Notes: generated from the letters alone by a model not told the origin. DNA of 63,423 nucleotides, filler included, from Globobulimina sp. (GCA_003354225.1; 46 parts of 46 records of this genome joined end to end with filler, not necessarily neighbours in it); one strand, 5' to 3'. Shown: positions 12,501-24,770, counted from the whole stretch's first letter. Translations and numbers: made by a program.

Positions 12501-13470
12501 TTATTGATGGTGGGCTATTGAACTGATTTCAAATGCATCGCATTTTGATGCAATAGAATCTGCAGTTTTAGTGGTTCTAATTGTTGTAGTCACAGCATTC
12601 GTGGTTTCAATTGATGATATCGTTGAATCGAGAGTAATGTTTCTATGTTTATCCGCATTCCCATCTTGATTTATTGTAATATGATATCTTATTTTCCTTA
12701 CAACTCGATTGTGTAGAAACGAATGAAATTTATTGCACCAATTATGATATAATTTATCAGCGGCGGGATACTGCAAATACAAACAAAATGAATTTATACT
12801 CATATCCAATACAGCTAACATTATATGCATAATTCGTAATATTTGCGTATCCAACACTTCAGATCTTACAATTCCAAATAAACTGACTACATTTGATGAT
12901 AACAACGATACAAATGCACATATTATGTATCTAATTGCCGGGGATAACAACATTGTCATTGTTTTATTTGTTTTTTGTAATTGTTGACCTAAAATGTAAA
13001 TTTTCCGTGAAAATAAGCATAAAATGACAATATTAAAAATTAAATTTGTACCAAGGAAGCCATTATAAAATCGTAACGCAATTAATATTTCATTTTGGAA
13101 CAGAAAGAAAATAAACAATATGACAGCAGCAAATTGTGCAATAAATCCAATTACACAGATTACGAACCAACCATTTGAGAGAGAAAGCGTTGTCGCATTA
13201 AACGCAGTTTTAAAACGGATTGTATATAATAAATACAATACACACAAAGCAGCCAAATAACACATTGTACTCAACACCCGGCTATATACGTACATGTATG
13301 CCCATGCTACACTATCCGAGCATAATATTGATTGTCCAACATTCACCATATAACAAATGGATGACATCATAAAGAAAAAAATAATAACAATATATAATAG
13401 AAATAACAATTTATTCTGCTCATCTTTCGATTTCATTATTTTTGTTACAGCGAATATGTCAAAAATGATG
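12501..13470 (-). CDS. Multi-pass (7TM/GPCR-like) membrane protein; N-terminus replaced by foreign sequence
   Basis: About six hydrophobic helices and a Ser/Thr-rich tail; base composition switches near 13475. Confidence 0.6.
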
Positions 13471-13589
13471 GTAAATAGAGGCCAAAGGCAATGATCTGGC
13501 AGTCGCGGTCTCCGGCGGTACAGAGCTGCAGAACTATCCGCTGGTGATCCAAGATAAAGTTTTGGCCCTCGGCACAAGGGCATCGAAAT

Positions 13590-13720
13590 ATGCGGTAGCG
13601 CTGCCCGGACAGACGGAAGATGAAATATGGGTAATTGTTAACCGAACAATTAACGGTGCTACTGTGAGATATGTTGAGAGAATGGAAAACACTTTCAATG
13701 AAACAACCCTTACTAATGCT
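13590..13720 (+). CDS. Phage tail tubular protein B/stabilisation protein-like fragment
   Basis: AVALPGQTEDEIWVIVNRTINGATVRYVERM resembles the EDExWxxVxRTINGxxxRYxE motif of podovirus tail proteins (recalled motif). Confidence 0.6.
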
Positions 13721-13946
13721 NNNNNNNNNNNNNNNNNNNNNNNNNNNNNNNNNNNNNNNNNNNNTTAATTAATTAANNNNNNNNNNNNNNNNNNNNNNNN
13801 NNNNNNNNNNNNNNNNNNNNTAGGCAACGAAAAAGAAAGAGAGAATCCAAAATCACAAACAAACAAAAAACACTTTCAGTCAGTCACTTAAATAATCTTT
13901 AAATTAAATGAAACCTTCGTCGCTTACACAACGTTCTGTTTTGTTG

Positions 13947-14075
13947 TTATATCAAATCACATTCTTTCTTATTTTTGGCAAATTTTAATTTTTGTATTGT
14001 ACCCATTTCAATAATATTTGCTGTTGTTCCTTCAGATGTTGTTATAATTGATAAACATTTCGCATTCGGAATGTT
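13947..14075 (-). CDS. Gene fragment (piece 3) of an uncharacterised protein family
   Basis: NIPNAKCLSIITTSEGTTANIIEMGTIQKLKF. Confidence 0.4.
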   Translation of the reverse strand, partial: NIPNAKCLSIITTSEGTTANIIEMGTIQKLKFAKNKKECDLI

Positions 14076-14129
14076 AATTCTATTTACAAAAACACACAAC
14101 AACACCTCACACCGAACAAACTTTTTGCA

Positions 14130-14691
14130 GAACACTATTCGTTATGCGTTACGTCCAATGAATATGACAGATCCAATATCATTACAATCCACACAACAAA
14201 TTAATGTTCCTGTTGGCAATTATAATGGGGATAAGTTACGCAATATACGTCTAATTGATGTATTATCAGATGAGAATTTATTAAAACAAATTGGAATTGA
14301 TTGTACATTATCCACTTCATTGTATGAGCCATTAATTGATGAACCTGCTCATTATTTGCCTGATATTAAATGTATTTGCGGCGAATCTTTGAGTAAAATA
14401 AGTGGACAAACTATGGAATGCAATATTTGTTCACAAATTAAACAAACTGTTTTTTATAAATGTCCGATCGGAAAGGAACACAAACATCACTCAAATGGAT
14501 ATAATATATGTGATACTTGTGTTGGATTACAAATACGTACATTTATACAACCACTGCCATTGCAATCAAATAATAATAACGAAGAAGATGACGATATTAA
14601 AATGAATGATAAATATGGCAAAGGCGGCATGATGTTATCAGTTGGCTGTTGTTTAATGTCTGGGAATGATATGGGGGAATCGATCATATGA
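14130..14691 (+). CDS. Gene fragment (piece 2) of the same family, with an inserted Cys/His zinc-finger-like module
   Basis: LRPMNMTD...VPVGNYNGDKLRNIRL, then CICG...CNIC...C...H...ICDTC. Confidence 0.5.
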
Positions 14692-14707
14692 AATGGAAGT
14701 TTTTTTA

Positions 14708-14750
14708 CTCAGCATGGCCGAGTGGTTAAGGCGTTAGATTAGAAATATAA
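14708..14750 (+). pseudogene. 5' half of a tRNA-Ser(AGA)-like gene
   Basis: CTCAGCA TG GCC GAGTGGTTAA GGC G TTAGA TT AGA AA TATAA gives acceptor 5' strand, D arm and anticodon arm; no variable arm or T arm follows. Confidence 0.7.
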
Positions 14751-15102
14751 ATCTTGTAACTATCGCAATCGTCTTTTATATTCATTGAAACATCGAATAT
14801 AAAATCGCCATATGCTGAATTATTATGTCTATGAATATCTTCCCAAGAAACAGGAGGCGCGTAATATCGAAATGAATTATTATTTTTATCTTTAACTTGT
14901 ACCGTTTGTAACCATTCATCACCTTTTGCGCTTGTTAAATATTCTTGTAAATTGAAATCTGGCTCTTTACTCTCATTATTGGCTTTGGGACATTTGTCGT
15001 CTTCTTGAAGGGTGTTTGAATCAGCACCTTTGTTTTTTGGTAATGACATTTCGTTCATTAAGGATGGTGCCAAAGGGCAAATCTTTTGAAATTTATTAAG
15101 GA
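14745..15102 (-). CDS. Gene fragment (piece 1) of the same family
   Basis: PPVSWEDIHRHNNSAYGDFIFDVSM. Confidence 0.5.
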
Positions 15103-15202
15103 NNNNNNNNNNNNNNNNNNNNNNNNNNNNNNNNNNNNNNNNNNNNTTAATTAATTAANNNNNNNNNNNNNNNNNNNNNNNNNNNNNNNNNNNNNNNNNN
15201 NN

Positions 15203-15692
15203 TTTTATTTACATTTAAATATTGAGATAAAACGCTTTCATAACACTTCATGTTCCAATTTATAGGTTTTGAATCATAATCTCTGGCATAAAGTATTTGA
15301 ATTTTATTTTTTTTTAATAAATTTCGTATTTTGGTATAATAATTAGAAAATATGCCCGCAATAAATAGACTCTCAAAAAGCCATCCTTTCTCTCCATTTG
15401 TTATTATTTTAACATTTGAGGATTTAAAATGAAGTAATATTGTATTCAATAATTCCAATGTGGAATTACCAACTTTGTCTAAATGTGAAATTAATGCTTT
15501 TTCATTTCTATAAAGCAGAAATTCATTAAATTTTCCTGTAGCTTCATCAAATTCATACTCTATGCTGGATAATAAATAAGAGGTTGGCATTAAAGTGTCA
15601 TCCCAATCACATAATATAATATGTTGCAAACTACCTTCAGTTTGCTTAATTTGTTTAATATCAAACTCGTCTGAACTCTCCATCATCCACAA
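15203..15692 (-). CDS. HAD-superfamily protein of the DWDDTL type (3' partial)
   Basis: IILCDWDDTLMPT (motif I) and KIITNGEKGW (motif II). Confidence 0.75.
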
Positions 15693-15915
15693 CAGATTTT
15701 TAGTTTACAAACAAAAAAAGATTGTTTACATTTCAACTCTGCGTTGGGTTTGATTCTGGATTTTTCTGTTTGTAAACAAACTCATCACAAACATATACAA
15801 AAAAAAACAGATCCAGCTGACCAGCTATCAACACTTTCAAACTTTTCTATCGAACGTTTTTCAGATCAGTTTTTCCTTCATCACAGTGAGGCGGCAATAG
15901 AGTAGTTTATTACAA

Positions 15916-16443
15916 ATGGAACAATATGACAAAGAGATATTACCATTGCGTTCACCATCAAGCTGGTCATATGATGCGGTCACGCGTTCATTAAATATAA
16001 ATAAGGAGCACAGTCATCACAATAACAATAACAATAATAATAATAAGTCCTTTTATAAAAATGGAAATAATGGTTCATCAAATTCAATAATAAGTTTATT
16101 GAATGAATGTGAATTCAGTCCAGTAGCATCCCCTCAAAGTAATGATGATAGTGACGATTCGTATGATTCAATGCCAAGTGATGATTCGTATGATATCTCA
16201 TCAAAGAATAAACAGAAGAATGTGACTAAGAAGAAGAGGAAGAATAATAATAACAATGATGCAGTGAATAGCACTGAAATGATGGCTGGATATACATTAT
16301 TATGTATATCCGGTATGTTGGATGCGGGTACCATCGCATATGTAAATTGGTTGAATGGCGTCGCCTGGGTGTTAAATTGTGCTTGTTTGGGCTTAGACCA
16401 GATTTATTCCTTTTCTCCAACATTTGTAATATTGGCCGTTTAA
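15916..16443 (+). CDS. Hypothetical Asn/Ser-rich protein with hydrophobic C-terminal segments (probably spliced further)
   Basis: ATG ORF with poly-N tracts followed by TM-like segments. Confidence 0.45.
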   Translation: MEQYDKEILPLRSPSSWSYDAVTRSLNINKEHSHHNNNNNNNNKSFYKNGNNGSSNSIISLLNECEFSPVASPQSNDDSDDSYDSMPSDDSYDISSKNKQKNVTKKKRKNNNNNDAVNSTEMMAGYTLLCISGMLDAGTIAYVNWLNGVAWVLNCACLGLDQIYSFSPTFVILAV

Positions 16444-16584
16444 CAAGAAATAAAATCACTTTTTTATCCCTTCTCATCATCATCNNNNNNNNNNNNNNNN
16501 NNNNNNNNNNNNNNNNNNNNNNNNNNNNTTAATTAATTAANNNNNNNNNNNNNNNNNNNNNNNNNNNNNNNNNNNNNNNNNNNN

Positions 16585-17264
16585 TAATTGCTCCATTCAT
16601 CCATATCAATATCAATATCCATTGAATAATTCATGTTCTTTAAATGTTTCATGATGGATTTCTGTGTTGCTGTCATCAAACGTTTTGAATCTATGGCACT
16701 CAATTTATGTTTAATGAATTTTAAAACATAAAAATCAAAATAATAATACTCATACATTGCAATTAATTGCGACATATATTCATATTTTAACTCAATTCCA
16801 TGTTTGCTGAAATTGATAGCAATCGCTAAGAATTTATCACATAAATCGTTGCAATCATATCCTTGTAACCACCATATCCAATTCAAGCACACTAACAATG
16901 AGTTTAACAATTTCGAATCTTTTAAACTTTTTATTTGCTGCACTTTGGGGAATTGTGCCAAACAAATATTTGTTTCAAGATCAGCATAATAAAAGCGTGC
17001 CCATTGCACATTGGCATACGATGCCTTGCCGTAGGGATAAAAAATAGCATTTAATGGCTTGTCTGTTGAGGCCAAACCAAATTGCAATAGCAAATACATT
17101 ATTTTATTCATTTGATAATCCAAAATATTGTCAGGATGGCGAATATATGCAGCACATACAGAGCAAATATCTCTATTCATTGTTTTCTCCATCACAATAC
17201 GTGCGTAACCATATATCAATAAATAATTGAGATAATCGTGATAAATCTCAAGTGAAACCGACAT
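16585..17264 (-). CDS. Hypothetical protein (3' partial)
   Basis: ATG ORF open to the contig end; contains LLIYGYAR. Confidence 0.5.
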
Positions 17265-17298
17265 TTTCTACAGTACTTCACACTTCAACTCAAAAAGA

Positions 17299-17865
17299 AT
17301 GGGAAAGTGTTTGTCAATCGACAGTTCAGACGCAATTCATGGTAGGGCAGCCTCATTAAGTGCACATGATCCAGAATTAGGTGAAGGCATTCGCAACGCC
17401 GGCAGGTCAGATTTAACCTCACCGCCCAACGACATAACCTATCTACCAAAAAGAGAAAATGGCATCAAATACACGGATGCGTCCCATTTATACAACGAAC
17501 CACACGGCATCACCTACACCGACATGGCGAAAAACACGAAAAATATAAACAAATTCTTGAAAATGGAGCATAAAAACAACATGAAAATCAAGAAATTATT
17601 ACTTTTGGGCGCTGGCAGCAGCGGCAAATCCACTTTGTTTCGGCAGTTGAAATGTATCCATGGCGCCGGTTTCGAAGAGAGTGAATTCATCGAATCCAAA
17701 AACGTAATCCGTAGTAACTGCGTGCTTGGAATCTTAACCTTATTGAAGAAATCTGCAGAATTATCTGAGAATAAAAACGAAAACAACAATGACTGTTTCA
17801 TCCAATTAACCGACGAAATCACTGCCTCCATCCACGCCGTCTTGCGATTTCAGGCTGAAACCTTT
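17299..17865 (+). CDS. Heterotrimeric G-protein alpha subunit (3' partial)
   Basis: MGKCLS lipidation motif; KLLLLGAGSSGKSTLFRQLKCIHG. Confidence 0.92.
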
Positions 17866-17965
17866 NNNNNNNNNNNNNNNNNNNNNNNNNNNNNNNNNNN
17901 NNNNNNNNNTTAATTAATTAANNNNNNNNNNNNNNNNNNNNNNNNNNNNNNNNNNNNNNNNNNNN

Positions 17966-19076
17966 TTTTGGAGCGTGTATTTTTTGTAACCGATGGTGAG
18001 GCCGATCGACTGATCGATTTATTATGACTATAATTGTTATTATTGATAGGTGGTGATCTCTGTGCATGCGAATCATTGATCTCATCCGCTTCAAATCGCT
18101 TCAAATGTAAACACAATGTGTGTGGTAACTGTCTGATTGACATATCCTTTTGACAATTTTTCATAAAACATTTATTACATTTATAGTCCGGCATTGCTTC
18201 GGATTCCATATAATCTTTTAACGCCTCTTCGATAGTTTTGTTGTTGATTTTATTTGCAGCAAACTGACCTTTTAATTTCCGAGGTTGCAAATTAATTTCC
18301 ATAAACATGTCAGTTGTCTCTGATACGTATCGACATTTATCGTTTAAGCATTTTAATTCAGAACTCCATAATCCACCAAATGTGGAATGTACGATACATT
18401 TACATTTCAATGCATCATCATTATAGCCATTATTGTCACATTCAAACTTATGCATTAATTGGGTCAACGAGATAAAAAACTCATGACAATCATGCATGTC
18501 CTGTCCAGCTAAATTATACGATGGCTCCCTCCAAATACAGCCAATAAAATTGCTGATGGAGACTGCGGAGGCATTGATACCACAATAAAAGTCACAAAAT
18601 AATGATTCTATTTCGCACGATACGCATGTACAGCGATGCGAAGTATGTTTGCATTTCAAAGAATGACAGGATGACAAATAGTAATTGCGCAACAATGGGT
18701 TATGCATAAACATTTGTAATAATACCGTCATATAACAGGTATTGCCCAAATTCCATGTTCCACGGATTCCTAACAATCCATTGTCACGGATACAGTCAAA
18801 TTGTTTCCAGATATTACCGATGGAGGACGCAATGGATTCGATTTCAATCTCTTTATATTGGATACTTTCATCGGTATCATTCAATCGTTTTGTTGCTGAT
18901 TCAATGCATGATATTATCATTGAATCTGTCCACGGCGATGTATGATATTCGCCACACTTTAAACAGTAAATGGATTGTGATGACAATTCAAAATATAAAT
19001 AATGTGACAATGACTTACAATGCGATAATAAATGTTGCCCATTCAGGCTGGAACAACAATAAAATATACATTCCAA
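17966..19076 (-). CDS. Ubiquitin-specific protease, USP22/Ubp8-like (zf-UBP plus C19 peptidase), partial
   Basis: IYCLKCGEY; Cys box GTWNLGNTCYM; QDMHDCHEF; LCLHLKRFE. Confidence 0.9.
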
Positions 19077-19462
19077 ACAAATATAAAAAGTACCATCGTT
19101 TGTTAGGTTACAATTATCATTGCAACATTGAATAGTTTCAAATTCTAAATTATGTTCAAGGCTTAATATGTTATATAATGAATGGCCATTTGTATGATAT
19201 ATATAGGATATAAATATTGCACAATTACATGAACAAAATTCTTCAANNNNNNNNNNNNNNNNNNNNNNNNNNNNNNNNNNNNNNNNNNNNTTAATTAATT
19301 AANNNNNNNNNNNNNNNNNNNNNNNNNNNNNNNNNNNNNNNNNNNNTTGGGTTAAATTCATTAATGGGAAACCGATTTAAAGTTGCCAGACTAAAGCGGA
19401 AGTGACATGTAATTAACTTTGAAAGTACTCGAGTTAAGAAAAAGTTAGTTGACAATAGTCTA

Positions 19463-20490
19463 ATGGGACACACCTGTTCGGCAGAAACCAATTTCGAATA
19501 CATTGAGTCTGAAGAAAAAGGAACGCAGGATATCCAACATTATGTAGTAATTTCAAAAGACGCAGCATCTAATGCGAAAATTAAATCCTCTGCATATTCA
19601 GGACCGAGAAGATTGATCTATTACTCGCCAGAAGAAAACAATAAACCAAATGCAGTGACTTTGAAACAAATATCACAAAGCATCAACCCACAAAACAATA
19701 AACCATATATTACACATATTGAAATATGTACTTTGCATTTAGGTAAATTCTCAGATGGCAGCTACATTCATATAAATGATTTACCGCCAACAAGTTCTAA
19801 TTTTACAACTGTAAAAAATGAAATATCGACTGCTCAATCCGCTGGTATTAAGGTACAATGATAAAAAATAATACGTTTCTGTTTCTGAATGTTATGTGAA
19901 AGCGTTATATTATCATATTATAGATATTATTTATGGTCGGTGGAGCTGAGGGGAAAAACGGCAATGCGCCAACGTCTGAAAGTTCGTGGGTTAATTTGTT
20001 CAATGCGTTTAATACATTTTATCCCAAATTAGTATCATTATGTAATGAGTGGAGAGTGACTGGCATTGATTTGGACTGCGAGAATGTGAATACATGGCAG
20101 AAAGGAACAACTAATTATGATAATATTTGTCGATTAATATCAAATTTAAATAAGGATATGGGCAGTTCATTTGACATTGTTTTATCGGCAGTGGCCAAAG
20201 CAATTTATGATAATCCATCCAATGGCGGTTTATCGGGATTCAATTATAAGCAATTAATGCAAAACTATGGTAGTTATATTGGATGGTTGAATCTGCAGTT
20301 TTATAATAAGTGGGGCTCATTGCTCTCACCCGATGAATATGAACAATGTGTATCAACGCAAGGATTTAATCCACAACAATTAGTTGCGGGCATGTTGCAG
20401 TGTTCAGATGGTGCGAACCGATCAATTAGTTCAACCATCCAGTCATTGAGTAGGAAATATGGCAATAATTTTGGTGGCGTCGATGAATAA
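19463..20490 (+). CDS. GH18 chitinase-like protein; intron 19853-19923; C-terminus probably truncated
   Basis: Splicing gives GIK-ILFMVGGA; catalytic GIDLDCE (DxDxE); WLNLQFYN; FGGV. Confidence 0.85.
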
Positions 20491-20929
20491 TTTTGGTGGA
20501 AAGATAAAATAGAAAGAAACAAACCAGACAAAATATCATCATCCTCCTCGTCGCAGTCTGCAAAATCATCTTCGTTCCCATCCAAATGACCCGATTCCGC
20601 GTCCAAATTCATCCCAACGCCATGTTGNNNNNNNNNNNNNNNNNNNNNNNNNNNNNNNNNNNNNNNNNNNNTTAATTAATTAANNNNNNNNNNNNNNNNN
20701 NNNNNNNNNNNNNNNNNNNNNNNNNNNCTCTTTTGAAATTTTAGTGCAACATTATTCAGCGATTCAGCTAACAAATCTTATTACTTTGCTTCGCATATCC
20801 GTCACCACTGTCTAATGTCTATATAAGGCCATATAGACAGCGGTAAGAAATAAGAGATGACAAGTATTACAGTTACAATACGGTATGTATACAGTTACAG
20901 TAACCTACAGTAAATCAATATGAACAAAC

Positions 20930-21070
20930 TGACATGTCGTTGTGTGTATGGCCAACAACCAAAAAGTTGACCTCTACAACTTCAAAAATGCCGTAGGCGA
21001 CCAGAATTCCAAGGAATGACAGTGTAATTCTGTTCTTGTTCTGCGACGCTGTGTTATCAAGCTCAAAATT
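20930..21070 (-). mobile_element. Degraded DNA-transposase fragment (DUF7869/CMC-like)
   Basis: LDNTASQNKN...FLVVGHTHND motif pair; no long ORF around it. Confidence 0.6.
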
Positions 21071-22339
21071 AGCATAATTAGCATCACAAATTAGCATACA
21101 AGACATTTGGCATAACACAGAACCAGTATATATTGCAATTAATTAAATCCTATCACTAAACACAACAATTTGCAATTATTAATTTTAATTAGTTTAATAA
21201 GTAATACATTCCAGCAAGTTATTTTATTTTGTTCAAAAACTAAATTTCAACCAACAACAACAAATGCTATCAATCAAGCTACATTATCAATCATAGATTT
21301 GGTGGCAATGACTCGTTTGAGTCAGTGGTATCCAAGCTAAAAGTGGCTTCGCTTGCTTTTTCCATAGAAGCACTGGCCACATCCGGTACTGAACTGGTTG
21401 TCTGAAACAAACACAATAGCTAGCGTCATTTAGGGTTTGGCTCAACAACGCACCAAAAGCGTTTAATATGGAATACAAGCTTATAAGCTTACTTTGGCAT
21501 TTGCAACATCGTCAAGGGAAGCTTTCTTCAACAGTTCCAAAATACAGGACAAGTTCTGGTTGGTATTATGTGGCGGTTGTTTCACATCAACATAGTTTAC
21601 CAATGAACCATTGCTCACATTGGAACTGGGACTGGAGCTCTTATCAACTGTTGATTTGTCAGTGGACTGAAACAACATTACAATATTTATAAGACAAGGC
21701 AAAAGCGTAATGGGGGTGTCGCGAAGTTTGGATTCGACGGGGGGCCCTCCCGGGGGGGTTTCGACCTTGACCGGGGGGTCTATTTTAGGTCAAAAAAGGA
21801 CAATTTTGACAATGACCACCCTACCACACCTATGAAATGAACGCATATAATTCCAGATAACCATTAATATTAATAGTAATAATAATATACACAATAATAC
21901 CTGCATTGCAATAAGGTGTGTTTCTTTGTCGTCCACACAAATACACAGAGGAGGAAACCCAGTAAGTGTAACAAAGAATCTTGGCGAAACAGACAGACAC
22001 ACAGACAGNNNNNNNNNNNNNNNNNNNNNNNNNNNNNNNNNNNNNNNNNNNNTTAATTAATTAANNNNNNNNNNNNNNNNNNNNNNNNNNNNNNNNNNNN
22101 NNNNNNNNTTTTTTAGTTTCAAACTATAGATATCTGAGTTATGATTGGTTGTTTCGTGGCAATTTAATCATAGCACCGAGTTACGGTCAATAATGTCGTG
22201 GATGATGTCAATGCGAATGATTTGATGAATGCGAATATGCGTTGTAGCGTACGTGATATATTTACATCTAATAAATACGCAATATTTGAGTTCGTTCCGT
22301 GATGACTGATATTAATTGGTTAAGTCATCATTTTTGAGT

Positions 22340-23167
22340 GTTATCACATCCATAATTTATAATCACAGCGCATGTGCAATGCATATAACATTACTAATAT
22401 ATGCTTAGATATCGTATTTGAATCAGTGACTACTAAACTGCGATGGTGGCAAGATATACGTGGCAAAATAACTAAATACTTTTGAAGTGAAGTTAGTAAC
22501 TTAGTATATAGTTTTAATATATTTGCAATTGTTTTTCCGCAAACCCAATACAAACTTTATATTGGACGGGTTATGTATATCAAAACTCATCGTTTAGACG
22601 CAAGTCGCTATTCAGATTTAACAAGCAATGAATAAATAATCTCTTTGCATCCACACAGCAGAAAACATCCAAACTATAATCAATGCAATGAGCAGCTGAA
22701 AAATATTAATATTGGATAACAACATTTTGAATGATACGCTTCTATAAATTCTATAAATTCTATAAAGTCCCCATTCAAATATTAATTCATTTTCTTTCCG
22801 ATAGCAAAAATGACAAACATTTATAATTAATAGAAATCTGAAATCCAACCGCAAGAAATAGAAAAGTGCGATATGCTCATCCAGCTGATAAGGATCATAA
22901 ATATTTGCATTCAAAAGACGATCGATATAATGTACCAATGCGTACAACTGTACATATCAAAAAACATGCAGCATTTGCTTGGAAATATAATAATTGCGGT
23001 AACCAAACAACACATAACATCGTCGTAAATGAAGCAATCGCTAAGGAACGTGTTACAAATAATAGTATTGTTGCAGAATGATGATCAGATAATAAATGTT
23101 GTTGGTGGACTTGATGAGCAATACAATAAAGATATCCAGTCTTCATCTCGTCAGTTAGAGCCATCAT
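22340..23167 (-). pseudogene. Decayed multi-pass membrane protein gene (7TM-like)
   Basis: Hydrophobic ORF pieces in several frames broken by stops; SLSAG*AY resembles SLSNGWF of the 7TM protein at 12501. Confidence 0.4.
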
Positions 23168-23489
23168 GCTTATAAAGAAAAGTTTTTATTTAAATTAAAA
23201 AACAAGGTTGTTTAGATCCGCAATCTGTGAGCTCGAGCGTGGAATCGGACTTTGCAGGTACCAATGTTACAAAAAACAAGAAAAACACGGTGTATTAAAA
23301 ACGCAATTGTTGATATTGACGATGTAAAAATCGAAGCCGGATTAGAATATATAAATTGGGTTCATTTTGCAAGAATAAAATTGAGAGAANNNNNNNNNNN
23401 NNNNNNNNNNNNNNNNNNNNNNNNNNNNNNNNNTTAATTAATTAANNNNNNNNNNNNNNNNNNNNNNNNNNNNNNNNNNNNNNNNNNNN

Positions 23490-24770
23490 GGAAATAAATA
23501 ATTAAGATATTGAATATAGGGATGCATCAAAAAAAACATACCTGTGTCAAAGTAGAGCACTCTCTCTTGCAGTTTCTCAATGTAACTGTACAGTTTCAAT
23601 CTAGCTTGAGCAGATACATGAGCAGCGATGACAGAACTAGTGTTAGGGAGGGCTTCTGAGAACTGTTCACATTTCTTGTATGACACAGCAACCATTTCCG
23701 GACTGACTATCCTGATGGATGAGATGTCATTTGTTTCGTCACAGACCACAGCAAAATATTCTGCAGGATTATCAAAGTATTCCAACTTTGCCATATTGTT
23801 CCTTTGGCCAAACTTTCCCCAGAATGAATTCAGACATAATTTTGCCAACTGTCTGAGACTACCATTGTGTTCAATTTTGTCAGCTTCCAATTTGATTCCT
23901 TCATGTTCTTGATACTGTCTGATGTATTCCAATTTATCATTTTCGTTTTTCACCCATTCAGGCCATCCACTAGCTTGTTGTTTCAATTTCAGGAACGCAT
24001 TGATGTATCCAGTAAATAATCCTTCTGCACCTTCTTGACCAGGAATGTATTGAGCCCAATTAGTGTAATGCCATACTTCAGATATTTCCACAATTTTGTA
24101 ACCACATTCCAATGCTTTATCCAGTTCCAATGTCACCCAAGTACCCCAGAATGATCTTTCTTCGTCAGTGTGTTCACAGACCTCTTGATTTCGTTCATCG
24201 GTACAAATACCACAGAGGGGAAAAGTTAACTTTCCTTTTGATCGGTATGGGAGCACAGGATGCAACAGACCATGGGGGGGGGGCACAACTTTACATTTCA
24301 TAAGGCCTTTGTATGGTTGATTGTCCTTTGTGACAGTTTCAAAGTTTTCAGTCAGAATGATAGGATGACCAAGAGGAAATAATCCAAGTTTGCATACCCA
24401 AGGATACAGGGAGCAAACATCCAGATATGACATCTTTTCACCAAAGAGACACTTTCTGAACAGCTGTATAGCATTTGTTCTTCCACCAAAGAAAGCATCC
24501 CTTGCATTAATTGGATCTTTCACAGGATCAGATTGAAAATAGTCCTTCATTTCAGGTTCGTTTCGCATCTGTTCATTTACTTGACATTCCCAAACTTGAT
24601 GTACTTGATATCCCTGGTCATTCAGGTATTTCACTTTTTCCAATGTTTTCTGATACAACTCATCAGCAGTGAAACCACCAACCAGTATTCTTTTTCTGTC
24701 AAAACATTTTGGACATCCATGATATCAGCAGCCTTGCACTTCGTACACCTCTTTCAAATCATCTCCTTCC
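23490..24770 (-). mobile_element. Polinton/Maverick-type protein-primed family B DNA polymerase (partial; in-frame TGA at 24725-24727; intron donor at 23541)
   Basis: EVQGC*YHGCPKCF, VWEC, AFFGGRT, YLDVCSLYP, KLCLNSFWGKFGQR and LYFDT. Confidence 0.92.

Noticed and set aside
21710..21790. G/C-run island as a structured RNA
   Set aside because: No recognisable tRNA or Rfam-type fold; it lies in a repeat-like contig next to a CAGA microsatellite.
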